Origin: a virus
Taxonomy: Duplodnaviria; Caudoviricetes
Direction: 5' to 3' (one strand)
IMG/VR virus record: IMGVR_UViG_3300020379_000227
Coordinates: 1-38,645 of that record
Length of the DNA: 38,645 bases
Of this stretch, positions 34,806 to 38,645 are shown one piece after another. A program made the translations under genes and the position numbers. Position 1 is the first letter of the stretch. Each line of letters opens with the position of its first letter. The notes beneath the pieces are model-generated. The model did no database searches. It saw only the letters and a program-made list of their open reading frames with translations, and was not told where the DNA came from.

Positions 34806-36380
34806 TTATCCTTGTTGTTGGGGTTGTTGTGGTTGTAGTCCAGCCATTTGCATGATCTGAGGTAGTAGTTGTTTACCTATTTCTGGACCCATAGTTTTAG
34901 CTATTTCCATAACCATTTGTTGTTGTCTTTGTTGTTGAGCTTGCTGTTGTAGTTGTGCTTGCTCTTCCTTAGACTTCAACAACCCTTGAGGATCTATCCC
35001 TAGTGATACACCTACACGATCTATAAAGTCATCAATGTTAATCTGATTTAAGAAACCTTCTGCTCCAAGAGGTTGGAACATCTGTAACATCTGCATTAGT
35101 TTCTTTAAGTCTTCTGATCTACTCATTGCTTCTAGACCAGTAATAATTTGAGGTCTTACTACACCTTCTGGCAGAGGTGGTACTTTGTCTTCATCATTGA
35201 GTTTCTTAAGCATTAATCTAACTAGAGGTAATTGAAACTCTTGGGACAACAAACTAAATATTCCACCTAACCCAGATTCTATTTCATTAGCAAGTAGACG
35301 AACTTCAGTAGCAGTAACTCTCTCAGCATCCCTTTGTACAGAACCAGACATTAGAAATGCACCAGCAAGTCGATCACTAATAGTTTTAATCATGCTCTCA
35401 GCAATCCTAAAATCTACTGCTTTGTTGACCTGCAATACACTCACATCATTAGCATCCCCTTGGATGATTGCTCCGTTAGGTGCAGTAGCTAATGATCTAG
35501 CTTTAGTTGTACCATTAGGACGTACTAAAAATAGTACCTTTGCAGAGGATGCAGTACCTTCTACTAATGCTTGTGATAAACCTTCTAGTGAACGTAAGTC
35601 ACCTAAGTATTGTTCTACTAATCCTCTTCCATAGGATTCACCATCGATCCTGTCAAACCTAAGTACCATCCAAGGGAAGTTATCTAACTTATATGTTCCT
35701 GAACTATTAGGTACTTCTATTTCTTTTACTTCTTGTCTAACAACCCATTGGTCTGCTTCTCTAATTATCTTTGTGTAGAGATCAATACTTTTATCTGAGT
35801 CATCATTAGTATCATCTTGTTGCACTTGGTTTCTTATTTCCTCTGGTAACATGAGAGGACTTACAGATTCTTTAACGATGATCTCTAGGACATTCCCCAT
35901 AGCATCCCTTTGGCATACATATCTCTCCAAAGGAAATACTCGCATACCACCTTCTTCAGGGAAGTAAACTAAAGCATTACCAGAAACAATAAGATGTTTT
36001 AACATCTCAAAAGTAGGCACACGTACTCTTGTTACTTCTATTTCTGACATAACAGCACGTTCTATAGCACCTAATGCTTCCTCAACTGCCCCTCGACCTT
36101 CTTGTTTAAGTTGTGGGATCTCAAGATCATCCACCATTAGTCTAAAGAAGGGACCAGATGGGGGCAGTAAGGCGAGAAGTAACTTAGAAGCAAGAACATT
36201 AACTGCTCTAGCACCTACACTTTGGTATGGTGTAGGAAATATAGTACTAGATGAATGTCCTTCTGGAGGAATAAGGTAAGGTAAAGTTAGTTCGGAACAG
36301 TCCCTGCTTCTTGTAAGGAATATTTGTCTCTGGGACTCTAGTTGGGAATACCTTGAAGCACACGATTGGTTATTTATCAC
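34806..36380 (-). CDS. Portal / head-tail connector (T7 gp8-like)
   Basis: LTLPYL, QSVGAR.VN.LASKL.LALLP, GESYGRG, RDAERVTATEVR; Gln-rich tail. Confidence 0.98.
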   Translation of the reverse strand: MINNQSCASRYSQLESQRQIFLTRSRDCSELTLPYLIPPEGHSSSTIFPTPYQSVGARAVNVLASKLLLALLPPSGPFFRLMVDDLEIPQLKQEGRGAVEEALGAIERAVMSEIEVTRVRVPTFEMLKHLIVSGNALVYFPEEGGMRVFPLERYVCQRDAMGNVLEIIVKESVSPLMLPEEIRNQVQQDDTNDDSDKSIDLYTKIIREADQWVVRQEVKEIEVPNSSGTYKLDNFPWMVLRFDRIDGESYGRGLVEQYLGDLRSLEGLSQALVEGTASSAKVLFLVRPNGTTKARSLATAPNGAIIQGDANDVSVLQVNKAVDFRIAESMIKTISDRLAGAFLMSGSVQRDAERVTATEVRLLANEIESGLGGIFSLLSQEFQLPLVRLMLKKLNDEDKVPPLPEGVVRPQIITGLEAMSRSEDLKKLMQMLQMFQPLGAEGFLNQINIDDFIDRVGVSLGIDPQGLLKSKEEQAQLQQQAQQQRQQQMVMEIAKTMGPEIGKQLLPQIMQMAGLQPQQPQQQG

Positions 36381-36823
36381 GCAGGAATTTGTACACCAAC
36401 TGAGGAACTAGGAATCTTTAATGCACCAGAACGTACATCTTTCTCATTTCCCCTTCTTCGTCCTCGTCTTCGTCTACCAGCAAGAGTAGGATCTTCTAGG
36501 GTTTCATCATAACCACTCATACCACCCATCATTCCTTGTCTCTTGAGAGCAGTATTAATTTGTTTGCTGATAGAAGTACCAATAGCAACCGCATTATCTA
36601 ATGCTCCAGTAGCTTCACCTCCAAGAGTATCTAATGTAGATTCCATATCTTTTGGGATGTCTGTGTATCCTTCAGCAACATTTGTTACTTCTTTTTTTAC
36701 ATCTTCTATTTGTTCGGCTACTTCTTCTTCTACTTCTTCTGTATTGGTGCTAGAGGTAGGGTTACTATCTGCACCACCCACATTACTTTCTGCACCCCCT
36801 GTTATACCACCAGTTCCACACAT
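36377..36823 (-). CDS. Virion assembly protein candidate (T7 gp7.3-like position)
   Basis: MC start, low complexity, basic patch then LKIP; directly upstream of portal. Confidence 0.6.
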   Translation of the reverse strand: MCGTGGITGGAESNVGGADSNPTSSTNTEEVEEEVAEQIEDVKKEVTNVAEGYTDIPKDMESTLDTLGGEATGALDNAVAIGTSISKQINTALKRQGMMGGMSGYDETLEDPTLAGRRRRGRRRGNEKDVRSGALKIPSSSVGVQIPA

Positions 36824-36831
36824 AATTTCCT

Positions 36832-37248
36832 TTAAGTTATTATAGTTGTTGTCCCTGAAGACTGAGATTGAGAGGGACTAGTAATAGTAGAAGGTAAATT
36901 TTCTCTAATCCTAAGACTGTTCATATTTTTTCTTTTCTTTTTTAGTCTAGGATCTATCTCACCTTGCCTAGCATCTAGGTTGGTAACCTTGGTAGGTGTA
37001 ATGGTAGTATCCATTTCTGAAACAGAAGAACTACTATCATCATTATTAAGGTAATTTTGTGGATTTAAATTACGTAGTAACAACCCTGCACCAGATTGAC
37101 TGTCAGGACCAACAAAGGTATCTACTGCATTACCTATATCTAAAATAGGATTCCTAATTAAATCATCAAATGCTTTACCTTCAACAGTAGAAGAAGTTCC
37201 GTCATATCCTCTTTTTCTTCTTTCTGCTACTTGGTCATACTCACACAT
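36832..37248 (-). CDS. Virion protein candidate (T7 gp6.7-like position)
   Basis: MC start, basic patch then SLRI. Confidence 0.6.
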   Translation of the reverse strand: MCEYDQVAERRKRGYDGTSSTVEGKAFDDLIRNPILDIGNAVDTFVGPDSQSGAGLLLRNLNPQNYLNNDDSSSSVSEMDTTITPTKVTNLDARQGEIDPRLKKKRKNMNSLRIRENLPSTITSPSQSQSSGTTTIIT

Positions 37249-37439
37249 TAACCTTCAAACTCCTGCATATCCCTACGTTCCATTAACCATTCCACCATTG
37301 CTCTTTTTCCTGCATACATAAATATTTCTCTTTCTGTCATATCAATAGTAGGACAAGCAGATGGGAATAGTTGATCTAGATCCTTTACTAACTGTTCTGG
37401 TATATCCAGATACAATTCTTTTTTACCCTCTAAATCCAT
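37248..37439 (-). CDS. Conserved small protein after the exonuclease
   Basis: LD.LFP..CP.....EREI..YAGKR..V.WL, recurrent at this position in T7-like phages. Confidence 0.75.
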   Translation of the reverse strand: MDLEGKKELYLDIPEQLVKDLDQLFPSACPTIDMTEREIFMYAGKRAMVEWLMERRDMQEFEG

Positions 37440-37475
37440 AAAAATCGGTTTTCCAACGTAGTTAAAAAATATTTC

Positions 37476-38327
37476 CTATGGGGTTGGGTAATTTATCCCT
37501 AATAAAAGATCCTTATAACCATTTAAATCTGTTGTATCCCCTTCTCTTTGTATTCTTGTCAATCTTGCATTTAACAATGCTTGTTGATTTGTGTAACCAT
37601 GTTTTTCATAGGTAGGTAACACAACATCATCCCACATATTTTTAACATCGAATGGTGGTACATCCCATTGTTCTTCATTTCCTATTCTATCTAACAAAAG
37701 TTTTTTTGCTCTCTTCATTCCCAAACCTTTGACACCTATTATATTATCTACAGTATCCCCAGCTATGGTTTGGCACATCCAAGATAAATTAGCTTTATTT
37801 TCTGTTATTTCTATCAACTCATCTTTTATATAATGTAATCCTGGTACTGTTTGTAGATCCTTATCAATAGTCACACATACTGCTCTGTTGTTCTGTGTTT
37901 TTACTGGTGGTTCTACTTCCCATAGTTTTGCATAAGGATCTTTAGCAGTAATAAACTCACCTATAATATCATCTGCTTCATACCCATCTTGTTCTATATT
38001 GTACTGATATACATAACCTAATCTTTCTCTTATTCTCCTGAGACACAAAGGTTTCCTCTGGTCTACTCTGTTCATCTTGTACTCAGGATAAATTTCTTTT
38101 CTAAAATTGTTTTTATGTGACCAACAAAGAACAGGAATAACTGTAGGATCTCTTTCTGTATCTCTAAACCCTTCTACTATTTTAGTAATGGTATCTATTG
38201 CTATATGAGTTGCTTCTTCTTCTGAACTCCAGAGTGTCCAAAGATCCTCATCCCATTTAACTGCTTTCTCTGCATTGAAAGCTGATCGGTATGCTACTAT
38301 GTCTGCATCTATTGCTAGTATCGTCAT
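37476..38327 (-). CDS. 5'-3' exonuclease (T7 gp6-like)
   Basis: IDADIVAY, NFRK...P.YK.NR, YEADDIIG, DKDL..VPG, GDTVDNI.GV.G.G; start at 38327 by TAATG coupling (ORF track 38345). Confidence 0.95.
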   Translation of the reverse strand: MTILAIDADIVAYRSAFNAEKAVKWDEDLWTLWSSEEEATHIAIDTITKIVEGFRDTERDPTVIPVLCWSHKNNFRKEIYPEYKMNRVDQRKPLCLRRIRERLGYVYQYNIEQDGYEADDIIGEFITAKDPYAKLWEVEPPVKTQNNRAVCVTIDKDLQTVPGLHYIKDELIEITENKANLSWMCQTIAGDTVDNIIGVKGLGMKRAKKLLLDRIGNEEQWDVPPFDVKNMWDDVVLPTYEKHGYTNQQALLNARLTRIQREGDTTDLNGYKDLLLGINYPTP

Positions 38328-38645
38328 TAGTGTGTCTCCATCCAAGAGTTTCCAATTTTATATTCCCCATCCAGAGGACATTTAAAATCATAATATCGTT
38401 CTGTCTCCAAAATTTTTTCCACAAAAACTTTTCCAACTTCATCCAGATCCAAGGTTTCACTAACGCTTACCTGAATCTCATCGTGTACCCAAAGAACTAT
38501 CCTAGCTAATCCATTATAGGATCTAATAATTTCTTCATTTACTAAACTGATCCACCTTTTACATAATACTGCCCCAGCAGATTGTATTAAGAAGTTGAGA
38601 GCAGAATGAGTAGAACGGACAGGAATATGTCTACCATCCAGACCT
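38327..38645 (-). CDS. DNA polymerase family A, 3' part
   Basis: Same frame after the join: LIQSAGAVLCKRW, motif C WVHDEIQ, ends CPLDGEYKIGNSWMETH with TAA at 38329-38327 overlapping the exonuclease ATG (TAATG). Confidence 0.95.
   Translation of the reverse strand, partial: GLDGRHIPVRSTHSALNFLIQSAGAVLCKRWISLVNEEIIRSYNGLARIVLWVHDEIQVSVSETLDLDEVGKVFVEKILETERYYDFKCPLDGEYKIGNSWMETH
38523..38645. repeat. Contig-end direct overlap, copy 2
   Basis: Same sequence as 1-123 with one mismatch. Confidence 0.95.

Larger units (their letters stand above)
1..38645 (-). mobile_element. Complete (circularly permuted) T7-like podophage genome, possibly temperate
   Basis: Full T7-like gene set in T7-like order on one strand (RNAP, SSB, endonuclease, primase-helicase, Pol A, exonuclease, portal, scaffold, capsid, tail, terminase); contig ends overlap; carries a tyrosine recombinase. 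Confidence 0.97.

Noticed and set aside
34810-34965. TTG-rich repeats at the portal 3' end
   Set aside because: Encodes an ordinary Gln-rich portal tail.
1751-38509. All plus-strand ORFs in the track and short nested minus-strand ORFs (2663, 29333, 29984, 33631, 38257)
   Set aside because: Shadows of well-supported genes, with no recognisable motifs.
1-38645. Alternative genetic code
   Set aside because: Core genes are full-length under the standard code and use TAA, TAG and TGA as stops.

Overview
The window is an apparently complete, circularly permuted genome of an AT-rich T7-like podophage (Autographiviridae-type, gene content typical of aquatic/marine relatives; host not identifiable from sequence alone). 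Bases 1-123 are repeated at 38523-38645 (one mismatch), giving a circle of about 38,522 bp cut inside the DNA polymerase gene. All credible genes are on the minus strand. Reading from the non-coding genome-end region (about 12.4-13.1 kb) leftwards: early genes (DUF932-like protein, small ORFs), a short tyrosine recombinase, an unannotated ribbon-helix-helix protein, a SutA-like protein, Zn-finger ORFs, single-subunit RNA polymerase, SSB, endonuclease I, amidase-like protein, primase-helicase, DNA polymerase A. Across the join follow exonuclease, portal, scaffold, capsid, tail tube proteins, internal virion proteins, a modular tail fibre/adhesin cluster, lysis genes and terminase. The most unusual part is 8.5-12.6 kb. 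Seven early genes or gene pairs, including the recombinase, are each preceded by a conserved TCTCTCTAATTCTCA-like motif, usually next to a hairpin, giving a cassette-like array. Six exact AGTTTTCGGG copies cluster around a catalytic-domain-only recombinase and an RHH regulator. Other notable points: a T7-lysozyme homolog missing all catalytic residues, a type-1 copper motif in a tail-region protein, and a shared basic+LxI peptide in five small late proteins. All family calls are by motif recognition by eye; no searches were run.
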